This document shows, one piece after another, positions 32,965 through 41,485 of a stretch of DNA of 64,000 nt; the first letter of the stretch is position 1, and the number at the start of each line of letters is the position of its first letter. The stretch lies in contig CAMTVM010000004.1 of assembly GCA_947085195.1 (NCBI GenBank), positions 1,624 through 65,623 on the forward strand. Direction: 5' to 3'. The stretch comes from an uncultured Chloroflexota bacterium (GTDB lineage Bacteria > Chloroflexota > Limnocylindria > Limnocylindrales > CSP1-4). Made by a program: the position numbers and the translations under genes. The notes beneath the pieces were generated by a model. It was not told the origin of the DNA, did not search any database, and saw only the letters and a list, made by a program, of their open reading frames with translations.

Positions 32965-33764
32965 GTGAACACCCTCCGGGGCCCGCCCACCACGTCCGCG
33001 GCCCCGGCGGACCGCCCGGCTTTCTCGCAGCCCGCGCGTTCGTTCCGGATTCTCCGCTTCCGCCGGGGCGACACGAAGCCCCACTGGGACCGCTTCGAGG
33101 CACCCGTGTCATCGGCTTGGACCACCGTCCTCGACGCCCTGGCCTGGATCCGCGCGCACGTCGACCCAAGCCTCGACGTCCGCCACTCGTGCTTCCACGC
33201 CTCGTGCGGCACGTGCGGCATGCGGGTCAACGGCCGCGACGTCCTCGCCTGCGTCACCCGGGTCCACGACCTCGGCGCGGGCGAGGTCATCGTCGAGCCG
33301 CTGCTCAACCAGCCCGTCGTGAGCGACCTGGTCGTGGACATCGAGGCGCTGTACGCCTCGTTCGAGGCCGTGGGCATGCCGCTCGTCCGGCGCTCCGAGC
33401 TCATTCCGGGCGCGCATCCGGCGGAGGGCGTGCCGGAGCTGCAGCGCTTCGAGGACTGTCTCGAGTGCGGGCTGTGCCTGTCCGCGTGCCCCGTCGCGGC
33501 GACGGACTCCGCGTACGCGGGGCCAGGTGTCCTCGCGGCTGCCCGGCGGCTCATCGAGGAGGCGCGGACCCGACACGGGTCTACGGGATCGTCGGCGGGG
33601 AGCAGGGGGCGTGGCGCTGCCACCTTGCCTTCGAGTGCACGGAGGTGTGCCCGTCGGACAGCGTCCCCGCGGAGAAGATCGCGCACCTCCGGCGCGGCCT
33701 GCTCGTCTACTGGCTGCGGTCGGCGTTCGGGCGGGGCCGGGGGACCACGGAGAGCGGGTCATGA
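32965..33764 (+). CDS. succinate dehydrogenase/fumarate reductase-type iron-sulfur subunit (SdhB/FrdB family), interrupted by apparent -1 frameshift near 33566
   Basis: N-terminal 200 aa in track ORF 32911..34314 (2Fe-2S SCFHASCGTCGMRVNG...LAC; 4Fe-4S CLECGLCLSACP). C-terminal 3Fe-4S part (WRCHLAFECTEVCP) in frame of ORF 33117..33764. One missing G in GCGCGG|ACCC would join them. GTG start 32965 right after glpA-paralog stop. Confidence 0.6.
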
Positions 33765-34171
33765 GGATGCGGTCGGAGTCGGGTCGGGCGGACGAAGCGC
33801 GCCGGCGGGGGGTCGCAGGCTGGTTCGACCCGCGCGGTCGACGGCTCGGGGGCTGGGCGTTCGCGCTCAACCGGCTGACCGGGCTCGGCGTCCTCGTCTA
33901 CCTCTACCTCCACCTCGCGATCCTGTCCCGGCTCGCCGGTGGACCGGAAGCGTGGGACGCGTTCGTCGACTTCGCGCTCCACCCGCTCGTCAAGGTCCTG
34001 GACGTCGTCCTGCTCGCCGGCCTGCTCGTCCACGGCCTCAACGGGATCCGGGTGACGCTCGTGGGGCTCGGGATCGTGGTGAGCCGGCAGCGGGCGCTGT
34101 TCGTGGCGCTGATGATCGTGGCCGCCTTGGTGCTCGTGATCGGCACCGTGCGCATCTACGGGGTGATGTGA
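33761..34171 (+). CDS. SdhC-like membrane anchor / cytochrome b subunit
   Basis: In track ORF 33527..34171(+). ATGA overlap with preceding gene; three hydrophobic helices, RLTGLGVLVYLYLHL motif. Confidence 0.6.
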   Translation: MRMRSESGRADEARRRGVAGWFDPRGRRLGGWAFALNRLTGLGVLVYLYLHLAILSRLAGGPEAWDAFVDFALHPLVKVLDVVLLAGLLVHGLNGIRVTLVGLGIVVSRQRALFVALMIVAALVLVIGTVRIYGVM

Positions 34172-34172
34172 C

Positions 34173-34592
34173 ATGGCGACGCCGTCGCTCCCCGTCCGCG
34201 GCCGCCGCGGGCCCACGTGGACGCCCGCGGGGGCGGAGGACGCCGCGGGGGCCGGTCGCGCATCGGCGTGGATGTGGCAGGCGGTTACGGGCGCGGTGCT
34301 GCTCGGTCTCGTGACGCTCCACATGGTGGCGAACCACTTCGTCGTCCCGGAGGGCCTGCGGAACTTCGCCCAGGTCGTCGCGTACCTGTCGGACCCGGTG
34401 ATCGTCGCGCTCGAGGTGACGTTCCTCGTCACCGTCACCTGGCACGGGCTGCTCGGCCTGCGCGCGGTCCTGTTCGACTTCGGGTTCAGCCAGCGGGTCG
34501 AGAAGCGCATCACGCGCATCCTGCTCGTCGTGGGCGCCGCCACGGTCGGGTATGGTCTGTGGGTGACGTCGGTGATCGTCGGCCACACCTGA
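34173..34592 (+). CDS. SdhD-like second membrane anchor subunit
   Basis: Track ORF. Hydrophobic, His-containing helices (LVTLHMVANH, VTWHGLLG). Confidence 0.55.
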   Translation: MATPSLPVRGRRGPTWTPAGAEDAAGAGRASAWMWQAVTGAVLLGLVTLHMVANHFVVPEGLRNFAQVVAYLSDPVIVALEVTFLVTVTWHGLLGLRAVLFDFGFSQRVEKRITRILLVVGAATVGYGLWVTSVIVGHT

Positions 34593-34626
34593 TCCGCGCG
34601 CGGTCACCGCCCTATGGAGGACCCGC

Positions 34627-35694
34627 GTGCCGATCCAGCCGTCCCAGGCGGCCGACCCGATCCACGTCGTCGTGGTGGGTGCGGGCGCGGTCGGGTCGTT
34701 CCTCGGCGGCATGCTCGCGGCCGCCGGGCACGACGTCACGCTGCTCGGCCGCCGCTTGGTGGGCGACAGCGAGGCGGGCACCGTGGTGCTCGAGGGGCCC
34801 AGCGACACTCGGACGGTCCGCGTACGACGCACGCTCGACCCCGCTGCGATCGCGCCGCCGGACCTCGTGATCCCGGCCGTGAAGATGTTCGACCTGGCCG
34901 GCGCCCTCGGCGTGGCCTCGAGATGGTCGGACGCGCCGCTCCTGACCGTCCAGAACGGCGTCGGCGCGGAGGAGGCGGCCCTCGCCGCCCGAACGGCGAC
35001 GGTCCTCGGCGGATCGCTCACGACTGCGGTGGAGCCCGTCCCGGGCGGCGTCCGCCGGCGGCGCACCGGGGGCATGGGCGTCGCGCCGGTCCGGGGGGGA
35101 CCGGATGCCGCCTCGATGGTCGCGCGCCTGGCCGCGTCCTGGACCGGTGCCGGCCTGCCGGCACGCGCGTACGCGGACTGGGCGGCGATGAAGTGGTCCA
35201 AGCTGCTCGCGAACCTCGTCGGAAACGCCACGAGCGCCCTGCTCGACCTCGACCCCTCGACGATCTACGGCGATCCCCGCACGTTCCCGATCGAGCGCCG
35301 GCAGCTGCTCGAGGCGGTGGCGGTGATGCGCGCGATGGGGCACGCGCCTGTGTCCCTGCCCGGCGCCAACGTCGGACTCCTGCTCCAGGGGCTCAGCCTC
35401 CCGGGACCGCTGGCCCGCCCGATCGTCGCGCGGGCGATCGGCGGGGTGCGTGGCGGCAAGTCCCCGTCGCTCCGACTGCACCTGCGCGGCGGCGGCACAG
35501 GCCCCACGGAGGTCCGCTGGCTCAACGGCGCGGTCGCGGAGCACGGAGCTCGCCTCGGGGTGCCGACGCCGGTGAACGCGACGCTCGCAGCGCTCGTGGA
35601 CGAGGCCGCCGCCGACTCCGGCCGTGCCGCCTGGTGGCGCGCCCGGCCGGATCGCCTGCGCGACGCCGTGGACGCGGGAATTCGGGCCGGATAG
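34627..35694 (+). CDS. 2-dehydropantoate 2-reductase family (ApbA/PanE-like) oxidoreductase
   Basis: Track ORF. VVVVGAGAVGSFLGGMLAAAGHDV Rossmann N-terminus and KWSKLLANLVGNATSALL block. GGAGG SD before GTG 34627. Confidence 0.7.
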   Translation: MPIQPSQAADPIHVVVVGAGAVGSFLGGMLAAAGHDVTLLGRRLVGDSEAGTVVLEGPSDTRTVRVRRTLDPAAIAPPDLVIPAVKMFDLAGALGVASRWSDAPLLTVQNGVGAEEAALAARTATVLGGSLTTAVEPVPGGVRRRRTGGMGVAPVRGGPDAASMVARLAASWTGAGLPARAYADWAAMKWSKLLANLVGNATSALLDLDPSTIYGDPRTFPIERRQLLEAVAVMRAMGHAPVSLPGANVGLLLQGLSLPGPLARPIVARAIGGVRGGKSPSLRLHLRGGGTGPTEVRWLNGAVAEHGARLGVPTPVNATLAALVDEAAADSGRAAWWRARPDRLRDAVDAGIRAG

Positions 35695-35709
35695 CGGTCC
35701 GGGGCGCCG

Positions 35710-35715
35710 TATACT
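35710..35715 (+). promoter_or_regulatory. TATACT -10-like hexamer 9 nt upstream of plsY copy-1 start (probable leaderless mRNA)
   Basis: Seen directly; same TATACTC motif repeats before copy 2. Confidence 0.35.
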
Positions 35716-35724
35716 CGGGCCCCC

Positions 35725-36354
35725 GTGGACACCCCGAAGCTGCTCCTCGCGGTTGCGCTCGTGGTGGCGGCATTCGTCATCGGCGGCATCCCGTGGGGCG
35801 TCATCGTCGCCAAGGTCACGGGCGGGCCGGACCCCCGGTCGATCGGGAGCGGCCGCACCGGCGGGGCGAACGTCATGCGCGCCCTCGGCCCACGCCTCGC
35901 GCTCGTCGCCGGGCTGCTGGACGTCGCCAAGGGGGCGACGGCCGTGCTCCTCGCCCGTGCGTTCGACGCCGGCACGGCAGTCGAGGTGGTCGCGGCGCTC
36001 GCGGTGATCGTCGGCCACAGCCGCTCGGTGTTCCTGAGGCTCGGCGGCGGCCGCGGGGTCGCCCCATCGTTCGGCGCGCTGCTCGTGTTCCAGCCGCCGA
36101 TCGCGGGCGTGATCATCGCGCTGTTCATCGTCGTGATCGCCGTGACGAGGTACTCGTCGGTCGGATCGCTCACCGCGTCGGCCCTGGCCGGCGTGCTGCT
36201 GGCGATCGCGACGGCGATCACGCCCCTGGACCCGTGGCTCTACCTGTACGCGGCAGGCGGGGTGGTGCTCATCTGGCTGTTCCACACGGACAACATCCAG
36301 CGCCTGTTCGCGGGGCAGGAACGCAAGATCGGGGCGCCGCCGCCGGGCAGGTGA
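35725..36354 (+). CDS. plsY: glycerol-3-phosphate acyltransferase PlsY, copy 1
   Basis: Track ORF. GSGRTGGANVMRALG and HSRSVFLRLGGGRGVA blocks. Confidence 0.85.
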   Translation: MDTPKLLLAVALVVAAFVIGGIPWGVIVAKVTGGPDPRSIGSGRTGGANVMRALGPRLALVAGLLDVAKGATAVLLARAFDAGTAVEVVAALAVIVGHSRSVFLRLGGGRGVAPSFGALLVFQPPIAGVIIALFIVVIAVTRYSSVGSLTASALAGVLLAIATAITPLDPWLYLYAAGGVVLIWLFHTDNIQRLFAGQERKIGAPPPGR

Positions 36355-36460
36355 GGTCGCGGCTGACCCGGGGCGCGCGGCGTCGTTCGCCGGCAGGCCC
36401 GACCGCCTGGTTGAGGCCCTCGCCGCGTGGCAGGCGAGCCCGCAGGGACCATCTCGGGCC

Positions 36461-36466
36461 TATACT
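36461..36466 (+). promoter_or_regulatory. TATACT -10-like hexamer 8 nt upstream of plsY copy-2 GTG start
   Basis: Seen directly. Confidence 0.35.
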
Positions 36467-36474
36467 CCGCAACC

Positions 36475-37104
36475 GTGGAACCCTTCGACGTCCTGCGCGC
36501 CATCCTCATCGTGGCCGCGGCCTACCTGATCGGCGGCATCCCGTTCGGCGTCATCGTGGCCAAGGTCAGCGGGGGCCCGGACCCGCGCACGATGGGCAGT
36601 GGCCGCACGGGTGGCGCCAACACGATGCGGGCCCTCGGGCCGCGGCTGGCGCTGCTCTCGGGGCTCCTGGACATGCTCAAGTGCACGGTCACCGTGCTGC
36701 TCGCGCGTGCCATTGGCGCCGGCGTCGAGGTGGAGGTCCTGGCGGGCCTCGCGGTGATCATCGGCCACAGCCGATCGCCGTTCCTGGGCTTCGGCGGCGG
36801 GCGCGGCGTCGCGCCGGCCTTCGGCGGGCTGCTCGCGTTCCAGCCGCTGATCGCCTTCGTCGTCCTTCCCGCGTTCATCGGGGTGATCCTGGTCACGCGC
36901 TACTCGTCCCTGGGATCGCTGGTCGGGTCGGCCGTGGCCGGGATCCTGCTGGCAATCGCGACCGCAACGTTCCCGCTGGACCCGTGGATGTACCTGTACG
37001 CCGTGGGCGGCCCGGCACTCGTGTGGCTGTTCCACAAGGACAACATCGAACGGCTCCTGGCCGGGCAGGAGCGCAAGATCGGGACCCCAAGACCCGAGGG
37101 ATGA
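36475..37104 (+). CDS. plsY: glycerol-3-phosphate acyltransferase PlsY, copy 2 (tandem paralog)
   Basis: In track ORF 36427..37104(+). Collinear with copy 1 from VEPFDVLRAILIVAAAYLIGGIPFGV; start reset to GTG 36475 by alignment to copy 1. Confidence 0.8.
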   Translation: MEPFDVLRAILIVAAAYLIGGIPFGVIVAKVSGGPDPRTMGSGRTGGANTMRALGPRLALLSGLLDMLKCTVTVLLARAIGAGVEVEVLAGLAVIIGHSRSPFLGFGGGRGVAPAFGGLLAFQPLIAFVVLPAFIGVILVTRYSSLGSLVGSAVAGILLAIATATFPLDPWMYLYAVGGPALVWLFHKDNIERLLAGQERKIGTPRPEG

Positions 37105-37562
37105 CCCGGGCCCGGTCCACCGGTGAGGCCGTGATCAGCCGGGGATGGTCTCCCCCATCCCGCCGTCGATGAAGGCCTCGAGCGTCACCTTCGAGGCGAA
37201 GCCAGCGGCGGTCTTGACGAACATGGCGGCCGGGCGGGCGTGCAGGCCGCTCGGGTTGAGGACGGTCCGTTCGGCGGTTCGGATGGCACGAGGGTACCGG
37301 ACCCCGCGGGTCGCGACTCAGCCGGCTGCGGGCAGCGCCTCAGCCTGGATGCGCCTGGCGTTCTCGCCCATGACCGCCCGGATCGCAGCTTCGTCGAGGC
37401 TCGCGTCCAGCAGCGCGCCCGTGAGGCGAATGAGGCCGCCAATCGCCGCGATGACGTCAGCGTGAGCGCCGGTAGAGGTTGCGCGCGCACGTCCGCGTGG
37501 CCGCGCGGGCGCCGGTCCAGCAGGTTGCGCCCCAAGAGGAGCGAGTATGCGACCGCTCGTGC

Positions 37563-37982
37563 CTAGAACGCGCGGCCGCGAGTGGGCCGGATCCGGATCG
37601 GGACGTTGTAGATGGTGGCCATCTCCTCCGCGGAGCCGATGAACTCGATGATCAGCTGTTCGTACTTCGCCCGGTAGGCGACATGGTCGGGGACTTGCGG
37701 GGTGGTGTCGTCCACGCGGGCGTCGCCCTCCAGGATCACGACGTCCCCGCCCTTGCCGTTGTCGTTGAGGTGCAGGGTCACGCGCGGGTTGGCGGCGATG
37801 TTGGTGTTCCGTTTGGCACGCCGGTCGGAGAAGACCAGCGCCTCGCCGTCCTCCCACAGGAACCAGATCGGGAAGGTCTGCGGCTGGCCCTCGGGCGTCA
37901 CCGTGGTCAGCCAGCCGATCACGTCGGTCGCCAGGCGCTCGCGGGCATGGACGTCGCTTTCGCTGTCGGTGTCGAAGACCAT
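37563..37982 (-). CDS. pyridoxamine 5'-phosphate oxidase-family (PPOX-class, possibly F420-dependent) protein
   Basis: Track ORF. TVTPEGQPQTFPIWFLWEDGEALVF... typical split-barrel PPOX-like N-terminus. Confidence 0.7.
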   Translation of the reverse strand: MVFDTDSESDVHARERLATDVIGWLTTVTPEGQPQTFPIWFLWEDGEALVFSDRRAKRNTNIAANPRVTLHLNDNGKGGDVVILEGDARVDDTTPQVPDHVAYRAKYEQLIIEFIGSAEEMATIYNVPIRIRPTRGRAF

Positions 37983-38000
37983 CGATGCTCCCCTTCTCCT

Positions 38001-38786
38001 TCAGGTGTTCGCCGGACCTGCGGCCGACCGGGATCGGACCTCGTCCAGGAATGCCAGCGACCGGGCGTCACGCTCCAGCGCGATCCGCATGAAGTCGCGC
38101 ATCGCGCCCTCGACCTCACGCTCGGTGCCCTCCGGCAGGCGGAGCGCGGCGATGGCCTCGATGTCCAGGCGCTGATAGGCCTTGAGCAGCTTGAGCGCGT
38201 CGAGGCTGAGCGCGACACGATCTGCCGGCGGACCGGGGCAGCGGTCACAGATGACACCGCCCAGCGTCGGAACCCAGCGGAACGCACCCGTGGCCTCGAG
38301 CATCCGGTCGCACTCCACGCAGCGGTCGACCTCGGGGCACTGACCCAGCTCGTCCGCCAGGTGCATCTCGTACCAGCGTGCGACGCGGCCGGGCGCCATC
38401 CCCGCGTCAAGGAGCTCGTAGGCGCGGCGCAGGAGGGCGTACAGCGGCTCCGCCTCGTGGCGCTCCTCGAGACTCCGGTCCGCCAGCTCCGCGATGTACC
38501 ACGCCGTGGCCGCGCTCTCCAGGCTGTCCCGGAGTCTCAGCCATGCGTGGCCGACGCGAACCTCGGTGACGACATCGAATGTGCGCCCACGGGCCAGCCC
38601 CACGTTGAGTTCCGCGAACGGCTCCAGGGAACCGCCGAGGCGCGACGTCGGGCGACGGATGCCCTTGGCGATGATCCGGATCTTGCCGTGCTCCGGCGTG
38701 ATCATCGTCAGGACGCGATCCGCCTCACCCAGGTCGAACCGGGAGAGGACGATGCCATCGGTGACGTAGCGGCGCGGGGCGGGCAC
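38001..38786 (-). CDS. recO: DNA repair protein RecO
   Basis: C-terminal 262 aa of track ORF 38001..39005(-). DGIVLSRFDLGEADRVLTMITPEHGKIRIIAKG and zinc motif CVECDR...CDRC. GTG start ~38786 inferred. Confidence 0.8.
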   Translation of the reverse strand: MPAPRRYVTDGIVLSRFDLGEADRVLTMITPEHGKIRIIAKGIRRPTSRLGGSLEPFAELNVGLARGRTFDVVTEVRVGHAWLRLRDSLESAATAWYIAELADRSLEERHEAEPLYALLRRAYELLDAGMAPGRVARWYEMHLADELGQCPEVDRCVECDRMLEATGAFRWVPTLGGVICDRCPGPPADRVALSLDALKLLKAYQRLDIEAIAALRLPEGTEREVEGAMRDFMRIALERDARSLAFLDEVRSRSAAGPANT

Positions 38787-39099
38787 GGGCCGACGGTAGC
38801 ACTCGCCGCGTAGTGCGTCCTCGACCGGCTCACGGTGGACCGGCGGCGTCGCGCGGGCGTTGGCTGTGGCAACCCGGCGTTGAGCCGCCGGGCGGGTCAA
38901 CGGTTCCGCGCCGGGCCGTTTGCGCCGCCTTGGGCTTCGGTTGTCCAGTTGGGACTGCCCACCGCGCAACGAATGCGTCACCAGGCGAGTGGATCGTCCC
39001 GCCACGCGCCCGTTGAGCCACCGGGCGAGTGGAGCGCCGCGGCGCGATGGGCAGGGTCAACAGGCTACCTCTCGCGAACACGTTTACGGTGGAAGCCGC

Positions 39100-39105
39100 T
39101 ACACT
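39100..39105 (+). promoter_or_regulatory. TACACT -10-like hexamer 7 nt upstream of polyprenyl synthase ATG (leaderless candidate)
   Basis: Seen directly. Confidence 0.25.
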
Positions 39106-39112
39106 CCTGACC

Positions 39113-40135
39113 ATGACCGTCTCGAACGACATCGACCTCGCCCAGCTCCTCGCCGATACCGAGACGGAGATCCTCCGAGTCGTCGGCGACCGGGACGCTT
39201 CCACCGTCGGCGTGTACGAGATGATCCGGTATCACCTCGGCCTCGATGGATCGGAGGGACCGCGCGGCAAGCGGATGCGCCCTCTCCTGGGCCTCCTCGC
39301 GTACGCGTCCATCGCCGGCGACCACGCGGCCGCACTGCCGGGCGCCGCGGCCGTGGAGCTCGGGCACAACTTCAGCCTCGTGCACGACGACATCGAGGAC
39401 GGCGACGTCGAGCGGCGGCACCGGGCCACGCTGTGGACCATCCACGGCGTGCCCCAGGCGATCAACACCGGCGACCTGATCTTCAGCCTCTCGAGGGTCG
39501 CGCTCCACCGCCTCACGGACCTCGGCTTCAGCGACGCGAAGGTCCTGCGGCTCATGCGCCTCTACGACAAGACGTGCGTGATGCTGTGCGAGGGCCAGTA
39601 CATCGACATCGCCACCTCGGCTTCCGATCAGCCGATGACGGTCGAGCTCTACTTCGACATGATCGGCCGCAAGACTGCGGCCCTGATCTCCGCCTCCATC
39701 GAGGCCGGCGCCCTCCTCGCCACGGACGACGAGGCGGTCATCACGGGCTACCGGCGGTTCGGCTGGTCGCTGGGTCTCGCCTTCCAGCTCAACGACGACC
39801 TCCTCGGCATCTGGGGCCAGGAGCAGAAGACCGGCAAGGTGCCCACGGACCTGGCGCGCCACAAGAAGACGCTGCCGGTCCTGTACGCGTTCGAGAACGC
39901 CACGCCCGTGGACCGTGAGCGTCTGGCCACCCTGTACGCCACCGCCGAGCCGGGCTCCGCCGAGATCGACGAGATCGTCGCCATCCTGGAGCGCGCCGGC
40001 GCCGCGGACTTCACCCGGGCGGAGGCGCAGCGCCATCGGGACGCATGCCTGGCGGAGCTTGACGGGCTGGATGTCGTGGGCGACGCGGCACGCGACCGGC
40101 TGCGCGGGATCATCCACTCGGTGATCAGCGCCTGA
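39113..40135 (+). CDS. polyprenyl diphosphate synthase (GGPP/FPP synthase family)
   Basis: In track ORF 39029..40135(+). Two Asp-rich motifs LVHDDIEDGD and LNDDLLGIWG. Confidence 0.8.
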   Translation: MTVSNDIDLAQLLADTETEILRVVGDRDASTVGVYEMIRYHLGLDGSEGPRGKRMRPLLGLLAYASIAGDHAAALPGAAAVELGHNFSLVHDDIEDGDVERRHRATLWTIHGVPQAINTGDLIFSLSRVALHRLTDLGFSDAKVLRLMRLYDKTCVMLCEGQYIDIATSASDQPMTVELYFDMIGRKTAALISASIEAGALLATDDEAVITGYRRFGWSLGLAFQLNDDLLGIWGQEQKTGKVPTDLARHKKTLPVLYAFENATPVDRERLATLYATAEPGSAEIDEIVAILERAGAADFTRAEAQRHRDACLAELDGLDVVGDAARDRLRGIIHSVISA

Positions 40136-40147
40136 CCGCCCGGACCC

Positions 40148-41485
40148 CTACTCGTCCCCGCCGTCGCCCGACTCGTCGTCGACGTTCCGCTCCCGCACCA
40201 CCAGCACCTTGCCCACCCGCCGGCCGTCGGTCGTCTCGACCGTCATGCGCAGGCCGCCGAGGCGGATCTCGTCGCCCGGGCTCGGCACGCCGCCGATGCG
40301 GTGGTAGACGAAGCCGCCAACGGTGTCGTACTCGTCCTCGTCCTCGAGCGTGAGCTTCATGTCCCACAGGTCCAGCAGGTCGTCGATGGACGCGCGGCCG
40401 TCGACGCGAACCCGGTCCACGTCGAGCTGCTCGAAGAGCGGTTCCTCCTCGTCGTACTCGTCCTGGATCTCGCCGACGATCTCCTCCAGGAGGTCCTCGA
40501 TCGTGACCAGGCCCGCCGTCCCGCCGTACTCGTCGAGCACGATGGCGATGTGGACCTTGCGCCGCTGGAACTCGTGGAGCAGGTCGTCGATGGACATCGA
40601 CTCCGGCACGAACACGGGCGTCCGGAGCATCGTCCGCAGGCTGGAGCGGGCGGCCGCGTCGGACTTGAGGAACGGGAGGAGATCCTTGGCGTAGAGGATG
40701 CCGGTGACCTCGTCCACCGAGGTCTCGTAGACGGGCACGCGGGAATGCCCTTCCGCGATGATCAGGTCGATGGCCTCGTCGAACGTGGCCGACGCCGGCA
40801 GGCTGACGATGGCGATGCGCGGCACCATGACCTCGTGGACACGCCGGCCGCCGAGCTCGATGACCGCGTTGATCATCTGCTCCTCCTCGGCCTCGAGGAT
40901 CCCCTGCTCGCCGCCTCGCTCGATGATCAGGCGCAGCTCATCCGCCGTGATCCGGGCCTCGGAGGTGACCTCCGCTCCGAACAGGCGGGCGATGGCGCGG
41001 GTGGCGGCCGTGAGGACGGCGACCAGCGGACGGAGCGCCCGGCCGAGGATGTCGACCGGTCCCGCCAGGGCGAGGGCGAAGGCCTCGGGGTGCGCGAGCG
41101 CAAGTGTCTTGGGCACGAGCTCGCCGAAGACGATGGTGAACAGCGAGAGCAGCACGGTGACGAACAGCAGCGCGGCCACGGTGGCATACCCGGAATCCAG
41201 GCCCACACCGCGCAGGAAGCTCTCCAGCGTCACCGCCAGGCTCACGCCCGCGAAGGCGGCGGCCAGGAACCCGATGAACGTGATCGCCAGCTGGATGACC
41301 GCCAGGAAGCGGCCGGGATCAGCCGTCAGGCGGCGGACCCGCCTGGCCCCGCGACGTCCCTCGTCCACGAGCTGGTCCACGCGGCTGCGCCGGAGCGAGA
41401 CGAGAGCGATCTCGGCCGCCACGAACACGGCGTTGAGCATGACGAGGAGGACGATGATCCCGAGCTCGAGCAGGGTATTCCCCAT
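40148..41485 (-). CDS. CNNM/DUF21 + CBS-pair + CorC_HlyC hemolysin-family membrane protein
   Basis: Track ORF. N-terminal TM helices, CBS pair region, C-terminal TIEDLLEEIVGEI...GDEIRLGGLRMTV. Confidence 0.85.
   Translation of the reverse strand: MGNTLLELGIIVLLVMLNAVFVAAEIALVSLRRSRVDQLVDEGRRGARRVRRLTADPGRFLAVIQLAITFIGFLAAAFAGVSLAVTLESFLRGVGLDSGYATVAALLFVTVLLSLFTIVFGELVPKTLALAHPEAFALALAGPVDILGRALRPLVAVLTAATRAIARLFGAEVTSEARITADELRLIIERGGEQGILEAEEEQMINAVIELGGRRVHEVMVPRIAIVSLPASATFDEAIDLIIAEGHSRVPVYETSVDEVTGILYAKDLLPFLKSDAAARSSLRTMLRTPVFVPESMSIDDLLHEFQRRKVHIAIVLDEYGGTAGLVTIEDLLEEIVGEIQDEYDEEEPLFEQLDVDRVRVDGRASIDDLLDLWDMKLTLEDEDEYDTVGGFVYHRIGGVPSPGDEIRLGGLRMTVETTDGRRVGKVLVVRERNVDDESGDGGDE

Noticed and set aside
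34612-37172. Long ORFs 34612..36285(-) and 34614..37172(+, 852 aa)
   Set aside because: Overlap the well-supported panE-like and two plsY genes in wrong frame or on the wrong strand. Translations are Arg/Gly/Pro junk.
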